This document shows positions 24,791 through 38,262 of a stretch of DNA of 45,363 nt, one piece after another; the stretch's first letter is position 1; each line of letters opens with the position of its first letter. Under the pieces are notes generated by a model. The model did not search any database, was not told the DNA's origin, and worked only from the letters and a program-made list of their open reading frames with translations. The position numbers were made by a program, and so were the translations under genes. The DNA is from Tubiluchus corallicola (taxonomy: Eukaryota; Animalia; Priapulida), in assembly GCA_030141605.1 (NCBI GenBank), contig JAQGDQ010001349.1:1-45363 (forward strand), read 5' to 3'.

Positions 24791-26861
24791 GTCTCCATTC
24801 TGTAGACAAGTTTTCGACTGTAATATCATATCTTAGGTGCTCAAGGCTCTCCACGTTTCAGCTTTTCAACTTTTCAAGATTCTAAAAATCTAAAGCTTTT
24901 AACTTAGAACTAGAAAACGTCTGTTAGACTTGCTATAACAGTGTATCCTGTTGTATCCCTCACGACTGACCAGCCCTCAGAACTTTGAACCGCTCTACAA
25001 TCGTTATCTATGACATTATTGGGAAGCTTATTGGGATGTACATTAACTGTCTTCTTTGTATTAATAATTATTATTAATAATTTTTCTATTCACTTCTACT
25101 CTCAGTTACTATTATTTGTTGACATGTATGATAATTTCTTTTCTCTTTGATATAGTCACGTAAACAGTTATAACAGCTAACTTATTAAAATTTCCTTGCA
25201 ATTAATTTAATGCAACTAGTTCAGTCACAGGCACTTTCACCAGAGCAGCAACCATATCTATGGCTGAGACATTGAGCCGATTTTGATTTTTCGTTTGTGT
25301 CTAAGCCAAGATCTTCCATATTGTTTCTTGTATTGTAGGTTTTTTTCATTTTATGATTGTTTATGCGAAAATTTCTGGGTTTATTATATTTATATATTAT
25401 ATGTCTTAGACTAAAATTATATGTGTTACTAAAATAGATCGCCGTGCACAGTTTGTTAGTTCCTAATCATCGTTTGTAAAGATTCTGACGTCCTGAATGT
25501 AAGTAAAATCGAGGCGTCTACTAACTTGCATGCAATGAATTAGTAGAGTATTAAATATTATGGCAGTTATTAGTCAATATTATTATTGCACTTGGTACCT
25601 GCAAACATTACGTGGGGTACGCTTTACATTTCCTGTGTACCGCCTCGCCTTGTGCTGTCTCACCTTATACCATCTCGCTGTGTACCAACTGCCATCTTGA
25701 TGTATACACTGTGTGTACTTTGCATTGACGTTTGTACCGCTTCACGATATACAACACCTCATTACATGCAAGGTGATACATAGTACCATGATATATGGCG
25801 AAGCAGTATAGAGCAAGTGGGTACAAGACGAGGTAGTACGTGATCCCACAGTGTACGGCCTGACTGAAAAACATGTTGCACCGCGCTAATGCCTACATAT
25901 TTGATCACAAGTTATGTTCGAATGCACTTCTGGGAGTTACATCAATTGTGAACCAAAATTGGGAATTAAACCAAGAAACACAGATATTCCGATAATTATT
26001 TTAAATACAGTGGAATTAATATCAAGCAGTTGTCAGTTGTAAATTAGTTACCAATAGCAATACATGAACAACAAACTGATACACTTGATACCCACTAAAG
26101 AAGCGTTAATGTGTTTAGGTAACAACTATCACAAACTAAAACATGTCTCCCTTGTAAACTATGACCGAGCATGTGCGTGATCATTTGACGCAATCAGTTG
26201 CAGTTACTGCACTGACTTATGATCTTCCATATTGCTAGAAAAGCATCCTGTTCAAATCCAAACTTTCAGCTAGAATGGCAGCTTTGCATCAGTATGCAGC
26301 CTTTAAAGGTGTTACTTTTGCATATAAACAGCTCCACTCACAGCAGTATTGACATTTAGCACATACTGTTTTTTTACTGGTATAAGTTTATGATATTGGT
26401 TGTATTCCAGTAATTGTTTATGCATCATTGTATGCTGTTGTCCTTTCATTTAGTGTGTCGCTATCTATTGATTTATTTTATAAATATGTGATTAGTTGAG
26501 TTAGGATGTGTGAAAAAGGCTTTTGTCGATATATGTAGCAACATAAACCAAATTCCTTTAGTGGCACAAACACTTTATTATTGACTGTCTTTTCTGTACT
26601 CTACGTTGTGACTACTAGATTAAAACTGTAAAAGCTCAAATCAGTTGAAACTGGTTAAATTTGGGCAATGCAAATCAGAAACCAGTCAGGTGAGAAAATG
26701 ATTCACTGTAGTCTAACTTGCTGTAAAGTTGTAATGTTGCTAAAAAGTTTATAAAGTTCGTAAACAGTTCACGACAGGGTGGCTTTACTTAGTACCATAT
26801 AATGGTGCATTCTTTTTCCACAGTAATCTTAATAAAACGTGACTATGCTCAACAGGTTACT

Positions 26862-27202
26862 GAACAGTTTATAATCATGATCACAGTTTTTCTTAGTTCT
26901 CGCTCCATTTCTTCTTTCATTCACTACTCCCCCTCCCCACTTTTATGTATATATTATCATTATTTCAATTATTAATCACTTCTTTAAGATTTCCACGTAC
27001 AGTTTGGCCTGTCAAGCTATGCTTTTAGGCTCAAACTGTATGCATCAAAATTATTCTGTAATGTAATTTGCACATGTATATGCTGCGTAAGAATCTCTTT
27101 TGTAATTTCTGGATAATATTGCATTTATATTTATATTTACTTCAGTGAAATTATCTGTATTTTTATTATAGCTGTTAGATGCAGAGTGGAAATAAATAAA
27201 CT
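26862..27202 (+). mobile_element. Copy of 8060-8473
   Basis: Direct alignment by eye. Confidence 0.7.
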
Positions 27203-27650
27203 ATAAACTATAAGTAACCATATCCAACCATCTCTGCGAGTACACATGATATCATTATTGTATTCTAGTGCTTTTGATTTAGATAGGGATGAGATATCCA
27301 TGGATCTATCTATGGATGAGATAGATGAATTGAACTGAATTGAATAGTGTGTATTAGGTACTGTAGGTGGGTGGTAAGTTGAAAAAAAACGTGTAACGTA
27401 ACATGGTAATAAAAAATATTACGCCTTGTACTGGGGTAGTATGTAGTATGGACTGTGAAACTGTTGTAACTCTTTATACAAATTGTTTGTAGCAGTTCAA
27501 TATATGTGTTGTTATGATCATAATATCCTGCTTTAATGCCAATGGTTGGCCCAGAGAATTCTTGTTTACTTACTTGTAAGTTTATCAGACTGTTGTTCAT
27601 AAATAAAAGAGTATTTTGAGAGGAATTAAAATTATTAGTGATAGGGACTC

Positions 27651-27693
<43 letters not shown>

Positions 27694-29139
27694 GTCTCTG
27701 TCTCTCTGTCTCTCTCTCTCTCTCTCTGTCAGGAATCGCAGATTACCAAATCGGAAACTCAGTTTAAAATAATTTCGAATCTGGATCAAACCCGAATCTC
27801 AACTTAAAATAATTTTCGAAGCCGAATCGAATTCGAATCTTGATTTTTTAGGTATTTTTTAAACTGAATATTATTCGAATGGCTTCTGAGGTGCCATTTT
27901 CTGCATTCGGTGATCAAAATCCATGTTCGTCTAAGCCACATTGTTGTGGCTTATGCATTGTTATGCTAAAGTAAGCATCGTGATGTGGCAGGTGCTTTTG
28001 CATAGCATTTAACGATTTGGACACACAGTCACGGTGAAACTGAATATGACAACATTTGAGTATTTAAGGTATGACAAAACTATCGAAAAAGGCAGTAAAT
28101 TGAGTTAGTTTCGCCAAAAACTTTAAACGTAAAAGATTGTATAATTGCTTTTGTAATAAAGCGCTAATGAATTGCCTCTGCAGTCGAACCTTTTTAAGAA
28201 ATTCTGCTGAGTTGGTTCTGATCTAAAATAACACAGAACTTCAGCAAATGAAATCAGAGCTCTGATTCAGAGAATAAGCTTCCAATCATCAAATCCTTAA
28301 TTAGGGAACAGTATGGTTTTTGTTTAGGTATTTCGCATTGCTCAGCTGAAACTCAAAACAAAAGTGGCTGGACTCAACCATTCCATTTTTGTAGTGAGTC
28401 TGTCAGTCTGTTAGTTTATTATGCTTGACCTGTCCAGGACAACTACTATGGTAGACCTTTTATACATGAATACATTTAGATGCTACTGTCTTGTGGTTTA
28501 GCGGTAATCAGGAGCAAATTGGGTCCAAAAGGCACACGCAACCCTGAGGAAACAGAAGGCCTTGAAGGAAGGGTGTTCAAAACCTTCAAGGGGGAATCTT
28601 TTCCTGTCTAGATTTAACTGAGAAATTGATTTCTTTATACTGATAAGAGCAAGACATGTTACTTCATATACAGTACACAGTTTTAAAAACACAAATACAA
28701 CATTAGATGCAAAATATAATACAAATTACAAGTATTAAATTACACAAGTGTTAAAGTGCAAATTACAAATGTTATGTCATTTTAAAACTACTGCACATTA
28801 AGTCGTAAATAGAATTTCTTGGATAGATAACACGCTTAAATGTATTCAGAATTTGCGGTCAGCTGCGAAGTTCAAAGGCTATTCTAGGTTTAATGGCTAG
28901 CCTGGCCTGGGAATGACAAAACTTGAAAAATAGTATCATGTGTTTTCAATTTATTTATTTTATTTACTATTATTTAAGTCAGTGTTCAGTGCTTTTAAAG
29001 TAATGTAAAATTGTAGACAGGTTCTGCACCGCGTTTTTTTATTCAGCTTGGCTCAGCCGGGATATAGCACTCAACAGCAGGGTTGGTTCTAGTTTAGAAG
29101 ACTCATGATCAGCAACATTTTGCATTAAACCCTCTAGAT

Positions 29140-29643
29140 CAGGGGTGTGCAAATTGCGGCCCGCCGAGAGATTTTGTGCGGCCCGCGAAGAGATTTGTCA
29201 ACCTAATGAAAGTGCGGCCCGGGCGATGAACTGAGTGTATCCAGCTGAAGTCCGTCCCAAAGATAGTGCGGGTAGTTTTTTCTACTAGATCGGATGCCAT
29301 TAACCCTTACAAGACGGTTGTAGCTTAATGTCACTGTACTACACAGACTGTGTGATACATTACTAATATGCATTGTAATGAAATTACCACTATCTGTCCT
29401 GAAAGTAGAAATATATGGTTTGTAATATAAATTTTAATAACTTCTAAAATAGTTTCTTGAGTGTAGTAGTAATGATGTACGCAGGTCGGATGCAAAAAAA
29501 ATCGTTATTGGGCCTTTTTGTACTTGGTTCCTTGATCAAACTGCCTGTGGCCCACAGGAATTGCGGGAAAGTTTAATGTGGCCTGCAGGAATTGCAGGAA
29601 AGTTTAATGTGGCCCTGCTAGTCAGATAATTTGCACACCCCTG
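29140..29643. mobile_element. hAT-Charlie-type MITE (504 bp)
   Basis: Perfect 16-bp TIR CAGGGGTGTGCAAATT, subterminal TGCGGCCC/TGTGGCCC repeats, and TSD CTCTAGA(T/C), which fits the NTCTAGAN Charlie target. Confidence 0.9.
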
Positions 29644-30121
29644 CTCTAGACCTTTAGCTCGAATTTTTCTGTTTGCAAAAGTCTGTATAATATTGTCTTG
29701 TAAATAATTAACTAACTATATAATGAGTAACTAGATACTGTGATAAAATAATTATATACTTTATAGGTGTAAAAACTAACTAGAATCCCACAACCTGTTA
29801 GCCTCTTTTGTATATGTTGTAACTAAATTCCTACAAAGTGTATGCAGTGTTTGGGTAAGCCCAGGGCTCACCAGCTGCAAAGTTTCACGTGAAAAGATAG
29901 GTAGTATCTATGTCTTCTAGAAACAACAAACGTCTTAGCCACAACTCCCTTGAGAATCTGATCTACCACAAGATATGAAGGAACTAAGGAAAGTTTAAGA
30001 CCATCTTTGTAATGAGTTTAAACAGCGTGTAGATGCTGAGTGGGCCTACCTTTTAAATTTATAACTTTTGAACATCATGCGACTTCCTTTTCTGAAGTGT
30101 CATAAAGTCAGTCTCAGTCAT

Positions 30122-30568
<447 letters not shown>

Positions 30569-30864
30569 TCTTTCCGTGATCCTATCTGTCTTCCCATTCC
30601 AATCATTCTCCTTAGTTACCTGTCTTGATGGTCAGTTCAATTAACAGCATTGTATTTTCATAGAAAATTTATAAATTTATGCATAAATTACTTGTCAAAC
30701 ATTATAACTAGAAGAACAGAAAAAGTAGGAGGGTTGAATAATTATCTGTGAGACTGTGTACCTAAACTTTTTTAATGTAAAAATGATGTTGAGCTCATGC
30801 TTTTACAATAACCTTTTCGTTAAATGAGAATTCCTGTGATACATTGCGTCTTTTTCCCCAAATA

Positions 30865-31110
30865 GCGTCGTGACTCAATAACCTTAGTCATCAGCGAAGC
30901 AGGCTGGCTTCATTTCTTCCCGTCTGGCTTCATGCCAGCAAGCGAAGAGGGAATGCAAAGCAGTGGAAGCGGACGACATTTTTGCTGTTTGGAGTTGCTT
31001 ATTTCCGGTTGAACCGCCGGTTGCACTATGTAGCTTCGTGAAAGTGCCGAGTTTCATTGTTAGCGCTCGTGTTCGCGTTTTGTAAATAAGTGAGCTTTGC
31101 ATTTCTGGTG
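30865..31110 (+). promoter_or_regulatory. Candidate promoter and non-coding first exon of the MEGF10-like gene
   Basis: Locally GC/CpG-richer unique sequence with AP-1 TGACTCA (30871), TTAGTCA (30884) and ETS-like TTTCCGG (about 31002). It ends at a GTG|GTAAGC donor (31110/31111). The first coding exon has an acceptor, so an upstream exon is expected. Confidence 0.4.
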
Positions 31111-31749
31111 GTAAGCGCTTAGCTTTTATGTTCACAGCGTTGTATTAGCATACGCACACGGATCTGTGTTTAATGGTGCATCTATTGACTCGTAAATTAT
31201 ACTAGTAATTGCAACATTGTACTGCTGTGTAATTTTGGATACGTTTATTCGTCGTAAGATCCTTAGTATTTAGTAGTAATTACAGTACAATCAGGGGTTA
31301 TAGTCATTTGCGTGGGTGCATTGCTGCTTCCGCTGTGTGGAGGTTAGTAGTCATTTCAGAAATCGTTTGTCTGTGTGCTGTCTTACGTCGTGTTTTTATG
31401 ATGTGTTAGTAACGACATGTGAAACTGGCAGATTAACTGTGCAAGGTAATTACTGCAGCAAATGTAAATAATTTGCTTACAAACTGGTAGTATTTATGTA
31501 ACAAGCAGTTCTAAAACACGAGTACGAACAGGTGCAACTGTAGCAGACGTTACACTGTGAAACTGTTATTTATTAGTAATGATGATGTACATTATGTGTG
31601 CACTCATTTCACGTAAAGCCAGTGTATATTGATGAGTCAAATTGTTTGTGTGGGAAATCACGCTGTTGTGTATTTCAAGGAAGGTTGCTGACAGGATAAG
31701 GTCCAAGTTATGCGTCTTGAACTCTGTGTCTTTTGATTATCTGATGGAC

Positions 31750-32086
31750 CAGTTTGTTTATGTGGACCTCTGTGCCTGAAGTCTAGTTATTGACAGGTCA
31801 GTTTGTTTCTGTGGACCTCTGTGCGTAAAGTCTAGTTATTGACAGGTCAGTTTGTTTCTGTGGACCTCTGTGTCTGAAGTCTAGTTATTGACAGGTCAGT
31901 TTGTTTCTGTGGACCTCTGTGCCTGAAGTCTAGTTATTGACAGGTCAGTTTGTTTCTGTGGACCTCTGTGTCTGAAGTCTAGTTATTGACAGGTCAGTTT
32001 GTTTCTGAGGACCTCTGTGTCTGAAGTCTAGTTATTGACAGGTCAGTTTGTTTCTGAGGACCTCTGTGTCTGAAGTCTAGTTATTG
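31750..32086. repeat. 49-bp minisatellite, about 7 copies
   Basis: Unit CAGTTTGTTTCTGTGGACCTCTGTGTCTGAAGTCTAGTTATTGACAGGT. Confidence 0.95.
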
Positions 32087-32657
32087 GATTGTGTCTATGC
32101 ATTTATGTTTTTGACGTATAGTTAGTTATTAATAGGTCAGTTTATTTCTGTGGAGTTCCATGTCGGAAGTATGTTAGGCCTAAATGAAGAACTTATCATA
32201 TTTAGAGACGTGCAACCGGATCTGCCAAATTATGTTATCCTTTTATAGTCCTAAAATTATATCATATACGAGTTTTACTATTGTTTATGAACGAGAACTA
32301 TATAGTTCCAATTGAAATTATGGCTTTCATTGTAATCCTATATGCACTTACACTTAGGTACATAGATTTAGTCAAAAGGATTTAAAGTAACTCATCGTAA
32401 GCAAAATTTATACCCACTGTAAAAATGTCGGTAACCTACATACTTTTAGAGGTTTGGAATCCTCATACATTGCAAGATTTGGTTCGTTAACATGGAACCT
32501 CAACCTCAAGCTGTATGCACATTGAATTCTGGTACATTCATTAAAAATCGCCTTTGTCTTGCCATCTTGCTTTTAGTAAATTGTTACAAACACTTTGGCA
32601 AAACAGGAACTTGTGCTGAAATTAATCAACTTGTGTATATTATCTTGGATAATGTAT

Positions 32658-33218
32658 TTGTTGGCATCCTTCTGTCTCGGAAGACAATGGAGTGTGCGCC
32701 AAGAGAGTCAGTTATTGATCACATTGATGGAGCTGCAGCGTCGACTGTGGCTGAGCAGTCCGATCCTTGAACCACTGGAGTGGCCTCTCCAGGGCGCACA
32801 CCTGGGCAAGGTGTATGGAGATCCTGAGTTGCCCAGACAACAGGAACCCCCTCTCTTCCTCCCTGGTGTAGTCCAAAGGAAAGCGGAGTGATACGTTTGG
32901 CACCAGGTTGGCTGCAGGAGCTGCCGGAGTCAGTGAGCATGCTGCACTGGTCCGCCTTCGGGGTCTACCCTCCTGGTTTGGAAGGTTTACTCCTTTACAC
33001 ATGACCATTGGGTCACTTGACCTCCTCCGCCCTCTAGCCGTTGGCTGCTTGTGCAGCTCCTCCGCCTAGTGTCGAGATACAGTGTGGGCATCCCGCAAGC
33101 CTACAGCACCTGGTATTCCTAGGCGGTCACCCATCCAAGTACTAACCAGGCTCCACGTTGCTTAACTTCGGTGATCAGACGCTAGAACCGGTGTTTTCAA
33201 CGTGATATGGCCGTAGAT
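32658..33218 (-). mobile_element. 5S rRNA-derived SINE (SINE3-type) with RTE-LINE-derived tail, full length 561 bp
   Basis: 5S head at 33097-33218, then a GC-rich body, then a tail encoding RIGLLSHSRRC and ending ...GAAGGATGCCAACAA. The 13-bp TSD is TTGGATAAT(G/A)TAT (32645-57 and 33219-31). Confidence 0.85.
33097..33218 (-). pseudogene. Full-length 5S rRNA-like sequence forming the SINE head
   Basis: The reverse complement ATCTACGGCCATATCACGTTGAAAACACCGG...AGTTAAGCAACGT...AGTACTTGGATGGGTGACCGCC...GTAGGCTT matches invertebrate 5S, with boxes A and C intact. It has a 2-nt insertion and no oligo-T terminator. Confidence 0.85.
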
Positions 33219-33572
33219 TTGGATAATATATACACGGTCTTTATCACACAATGACATTCATAACAAATTTAGAATCCGGTTTGATGCTAAAGTGGATAAA
33301 GTGGATTAAAGCTTCGTCCGAGTTTGCCTCAGGCTGCTTAAGCTTTGCACATCATTATTGTGTATTTTTTCAATTATATAAATCACTTCATGTTTTCTCG
33401 GATTTATTTTACTAAGTTGTGAAAGTTGAAAAAGGAAAAATGCTATGAACACATTTTCTAAGATTATTATTTCAAAGGCAATGCTAAAACAGGTCTTATC
33501 AGTTTTAACAATCAGGCTTAAAGCAGTTCTTTCAATATATTGTTGTTTACTGTATGTTGTATGATAGTTATT

Positions 33573-33955
33573 AATTTTGACCAAACAGCATGCGGAAAAA
33601 ACGTTCTAGCGGCGCCTGGTGGGACTCTCGGAAGGAGATATATAGCTATTTAGAAAGAGGAAGAACAGGGCTACACGATGATGTGTGCTATATTTTAGTA
33701 CACGTCGACTAAGAGGAGTATCGACGAGTTAATTAGATGTAATTATTTATAGGCAATTTTCGCTTAGAAAACTGCTGACGCAAGCCATTGTTCTGACGTC
33801 ATCCATTATACTCTGTCTATAACCTCATAACTTTAATTCAGTAAAAGCTGCTGGTTTTGCGTTAGGAAAATAAGTGAATAGTAGGTAGGATGTTCGCGCA
33901 TTGTTGATTATCAGTGTATTTGTAAGCAAAATTTTTTGCGGGGCCTTTGCTAGTG
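33573..33955 (+). repeat. Copy of repeat 15596-15978
   Basis: Reverse-complement alignment by eye. Confidence 0.75.
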
Positions 33956-34352
33956 ATTCAGATATTTTTAAATTGCATTTATTTTGCTTCGCTAATAAAT
34001 CGTACAACTAATAATCGCATAACTTCACGTTTGTTGTTTAGCGATTAAACAAAGATGTAGTTATTAAAATTTTAAAACAATAAAGAACATTTTGAAAGAA
34101 AGTGAAAAAGTTAGGGCTGAGCTTGGATTTGAACCTCAACCTGGATTTTATCGTTACACAGTAATCTTGAAATTTGGATTGTAAGTAAATAATTGCCACC
34201 AGTTTCTTCTAGGTAATAACTTAATCACAAAAATTAATTTACCTTAGTTAATAATTACAGTGACACGTGTAAATTAACCCTTGAAAATGTTGTATTGCCT
34301 GGTGATCTATTACAGTTGAATAGGGCCTGCCACATTCTCAAGGGACTGTGTA

Positions 34353-34587
34353 GTCCAATGGCTATATGATTGGAAATGGAATCCAAAGGTTGCTGATTCA
34401 AATCAAGTTTGCTTCCAAATTTTCAATAATCGTGAATTTATTCCATCATTATATGATATCCTATAATTATGTCCAATGGCTATATGATTGGAAATGGAAT
34501 CCAAAGGTTGCTGATTCAAATCAAGTTTGCTTCCAAATTTTCAATAATTGTGAATTTATTCCATCATTATATGATATCCTATAATTA
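34353..34587. repeat. 118-bp tandem duplication
   Basis: Units start at 34353 and 34471 and are nearly identical. Confidence 0.9.
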
Positions 34588-36497
34588 AAGATACAAACAA
34601 TTAATTTGCTTGTCATTTCGTTTTGAAATGCAAATCTATGTGGTTAAGTGGTCCTCAGATATACGAGTTTGGTATTAATTTGCCCTATGGCAGTTTTCTA
34701 ACGCCCACTACATTGTCGAAAGTTTGCCATGTGTTCTGCTTGGGTGAACTCAGTCTTTGCCTAGTTAACAATTCATTCATGAACACGTTTATGTGTGGGA
34801 GTTGACGAAAATAATGGTTGCCGATCTGCTGGTAATGACCGTGTCAAATAATCTTGTTTGATATCACAGCATTAACTGTACATAATTAAATTAGATTGGA
34901 TCCATGAATGCCAGTACTTGGACCTGGTGATGATTTACTCATGACTTGACATTGCTTTAGTTTTTTGCTTCTTATGTTGGTTTGAGTTCTTGATTTATAT
35001 GTAATTATTAGTTTTGTTTTTTAATGAGTTTAAATTTTCCGTTTTGTTTGCTAATTTAAATTTTGCCTCTTCTCTATGCTCACCCTTAGTAGTCACTGCT
35101 TGTGGTGTTCACTATGACTGCCAAGCTTGTAACCAAACACGTGCTTCAGTAGATAAGTGCTGTATTTGAGAAACACTTAAATTGTTATCACCAGTAGTTC
35201 TCATATATATATCCGGTTGTCCCTGATTGGGTGGATAGTTATAGCCATAATTTTGTGAGTGTTCATGAATTTTAGATTGCTGTCTTCCTGTTTGTATTGC
35301 ATTTCACGTTTTTAGATGGTATACTGTAGGTCCCACAACTTGCCCATTCGCCAGTATTACGGGCTTTAAAATATTCATAATTATCTTATATTATATTATC
35401 TTATCTTATTATATTAGATTATATCTTATATTATCTTATATTATAATTATCTTGCTTATTATATTATAATTATACTTATTACATATACTGTCGCATATTG
35501 TACCGAGTACGCGATTGTGGTATTATGTGATCCATTTAATTGTCAGTCTACTACACTAAAGTACTGATTTAGTCTATGCTGCCATCTACACTCTAATTGT
35601 ACAAAGTTTGTCAGAGAGTGATTTTTTGTTTCTAAATATTGTTTCCTTATGCTTTTAGAAATAGTCAGAGTAATTAGAGTAATTAGTAATTAATCAGAGT
35701 AATTAGATTGTTAATTTCATGCTTTAATTCTGGTTCTAACTCTTTTATTCAAGTTTAAATAGAGAAAAATTATAACATTATAACACAGCTTTCTGTAAAC
35801 CAATAATCTTTATTCTGCTATCAAAGAAGCCAAATAGACTTTGATTTTGGTGTAACTAGTAGTCTGTAGAGTATAGATGACCTTTCCATTTATGGTCTGT
35901 ATGCATGAATGTGATGTACCTTCCAATAGGAACTTGAATCTCTGGTCATGTGATTACAGCTCTATTCTCTCAGGCTCCAGTTGATCTAGAGACAGCATTG
36001 AGAAAGTATGCAAAATTTTCTACTGTAAAATATCATATTGCTAACTTTATGACTGTTTGTTCAATTTCATGATCTGTGAACATTGTATACATTTTACAAT
36101 AAAATGATTGCAAATTTCTACATATACTTTACTATTACTTTACTTATATATATATATATATTATACTTTACCAAAAATATTTTGCAAGTATTACTTATTA
36201 CTTTTCCTTACCCAAACCAACGTAAAATAGATATAATTATTTATTGTATATTGATTTTGTTGTGCCCTTCATTGTTTCTCTAATTATTATTGATTTTGGT
36301 TAATTTGTCTACATTAATGATTATGGCATACCTTTATTATTTTGTTGCTGTTAATGAATCGCTTGTTTTGTTTTCGTTAGCTTCAATGTTTTACTTCCTA
36401 CTTAGCTATTTTTAGTTTATTATGTTGTTTACCGACCTTTTGTTCATAAGTAAGTCTCCAAAATTGCATTTTTTGCTTAGATTTATGTATTTAATTT

Positions 36498-37010
36498 TAG
36501 ACATAGGCATAGACATAGACATAGGCATAGACATAGGCATAGACATAGGCATAGACATAGACATAGGCATAGACATAGGCATAGACATAGACATAGGCAT
36601 AGGCATAGGCATAGGCATAGACATGGGCATAGACATAGGCATAGGCATAGACATAGACATAGGCATAGACATAGGCATAGACATAGGCATAGACATGGGC
36701 ATAGACATAGGCATAGACATAGACATAGACATAGGCATAGACATAGACATAGGCATAGACATAGGCATAGACATAGGCATAGACATAGGCATAGACATAG
36801 GCATAGGCATAGACATAGGCATAGACATAGGCATAGACATAGGCATAGACATAGGCATAGACATAGGCATAGACATAGACATAGATACAGATATAGACAT
36901 AGACATTTATTTTCTCCAAATGTGTCAAAAATTTCCATGTTACAAAAAAATAACTTTATCCGTGGAGATGGGGGGGGGAAGATCGTAGGTCATCTAGTCA
37001 CTCACCCCTC
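36498..37010 (-). mobile_element. Retroelement 3' end with greatly expanded (ATAGAC/ATAGGC)n tail
   Basis: A hexamer array at 36498-36905 abuts ATTTATTTTCTCCAA (AATAAA on the minus strand) and GGTCATCTAGTC. The same arrangement occurs at 42953-43135. Confidence 0.6.
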
Positions 37011-37823
37011 ATAATTTAATATTGTAATAGCAGAAAAACGAATCGATGACACAGGATGCAATTATTGTTAATTACTCAAATAAAATAATCAAAATAAAGC
37101 AATAACAAAAAGAAAAATATCAAAACGAACATAACCACTATGGCATAAGTGAAAAAAAGAAGAATAATAAATGAAGATGATGAATAAGTGTCACAATAAT
37201 TAGTTACGAATTAAATAAAATGATAAAAATGTTCAGTTGTTTAGAAAATTCTCGGCAAGAAAAAATAATATGTACATAATTATATAACAGAAAAAAAAGA
37301 AATATTTTATTAACTTATTTTTCGTTTTTAGTTTTTTTTGATAATTTGTACCATTTTTTCTTATTTTTTCATTTTGTAATCTACAGCATCACCGTTTATT
37401 TCTAATATACCAATCTAGATGCATGAAAGGGCAGGAGACTAGATGACCTCTTTGGTCCCTCCGTGTCCTAGATTACAGTAGTAAGAATACGAATATTATA
37501 TCAATAAGATTTCACATAATTCCGTAATATCTAACCAGTGAAGTAATCTGACTCTACAAATTTCGTAAATACGGTAGTAAGAATGTAAAATGTTAGTGCA
37601 ACATATAGTGGTAACAAGAGGCTATTTATGTATACATGGAAACTATGTGTCATTATGTCCTTACGTTTACACATACAGTATATGAATTCTTCTTGGAATT
37701 CTTAATTTGGCATTTCCCTTAGTTTAAGTTTTTACAATCTTGAACTCCTGTTTAGCATATCGCCTGAACAGACTTTAATAACAGTTAAAATTTTGCAGGA
37801 AATATAAATCAGCCCTGATCGTG

Positions 37824-37915
37824 ATGTTGCTGTTGTTAATATCATGGATTTTTCTCATATTTTCTACATTAGTCAATGGATTAACAGGACCGAATATATG
37901 TGCCGTTCAGAAGTC
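37824..37915 (+). CDS. MEGF10: MEGF10/11-Draper/CED-1-like receptor, first coding exon: signal peptide and start of EMI (MLLLLISWIFLIFSTLVNGLTGPNICAVQKS)
   Basis: The exon begins at 37799 after ttttgcag. A hydrophobic signal peptide is followed by the GPNxC start of the EMI domain. Donor TC|GTAAGT, phase 2. The ORF track reads this region in the wrong frame. Confidence 0.88.
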
Positions 37916-38004
37916 GTAAGTGTAAATCTGCATGCTACTATAATTGAATTGCAAAGCATCTGTTCAAATTTTTATTCGTTGTGGTCGTTTCTTCTCCTTT
38001 TTTC

Positions 38005-38262
38005 CTTCTTCCTATCCCTAATCTTACTATTTTCTTTCCATTCCATCATGTCTACTAACCCTAACCATTCTTTCGTTCACTTATCCTTCCCTCCCTTCCT
38101 TCTTCCTATCCCTAATCTTACTATTTTTTTCCATTTCATCATGTCTACTAACCCTAACCATTCTTTCATTAACTCATCCTCCCCTCCCTTCCTTCTTCCT
38201 CTCCCTAACCTTACTATTTTTCCATTCCATCATGTCTACTAGCCCTAACCATTCTTTCATTC
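38005..38262. repeat. Pyrimidine-rich tandem repeat of about 93 bp, about 2.7 copies
   Basis: Recurrent CATCATGTCTACTAACCCTAACCATTCTTTC. Confidence 0.85.

Noticed and set aside
32420-32570. Possible Penelope GIY-YIG end (LESSYIARF)
   Set aside because: Too short and degenerate to support.
32492-33008. Several overlapping GC-rich ORFs (and 44275-44481)
   Set aside because: They lie within the SINE body. Only the short RIGLLSHSRRC relic is protein-derived.
33097-33218. Functional 5S rRNA gene
   Set aside because: It has no oligo-T terminator, carries a 2-nt insertion, is not in a tandem array, and is enclosed with the SINE body by a TSD.
36412-36988. MSMP/DIGI/CL/YVYA repeat ORFs
   Set aside because: Hexamer microsatellite artefacts.
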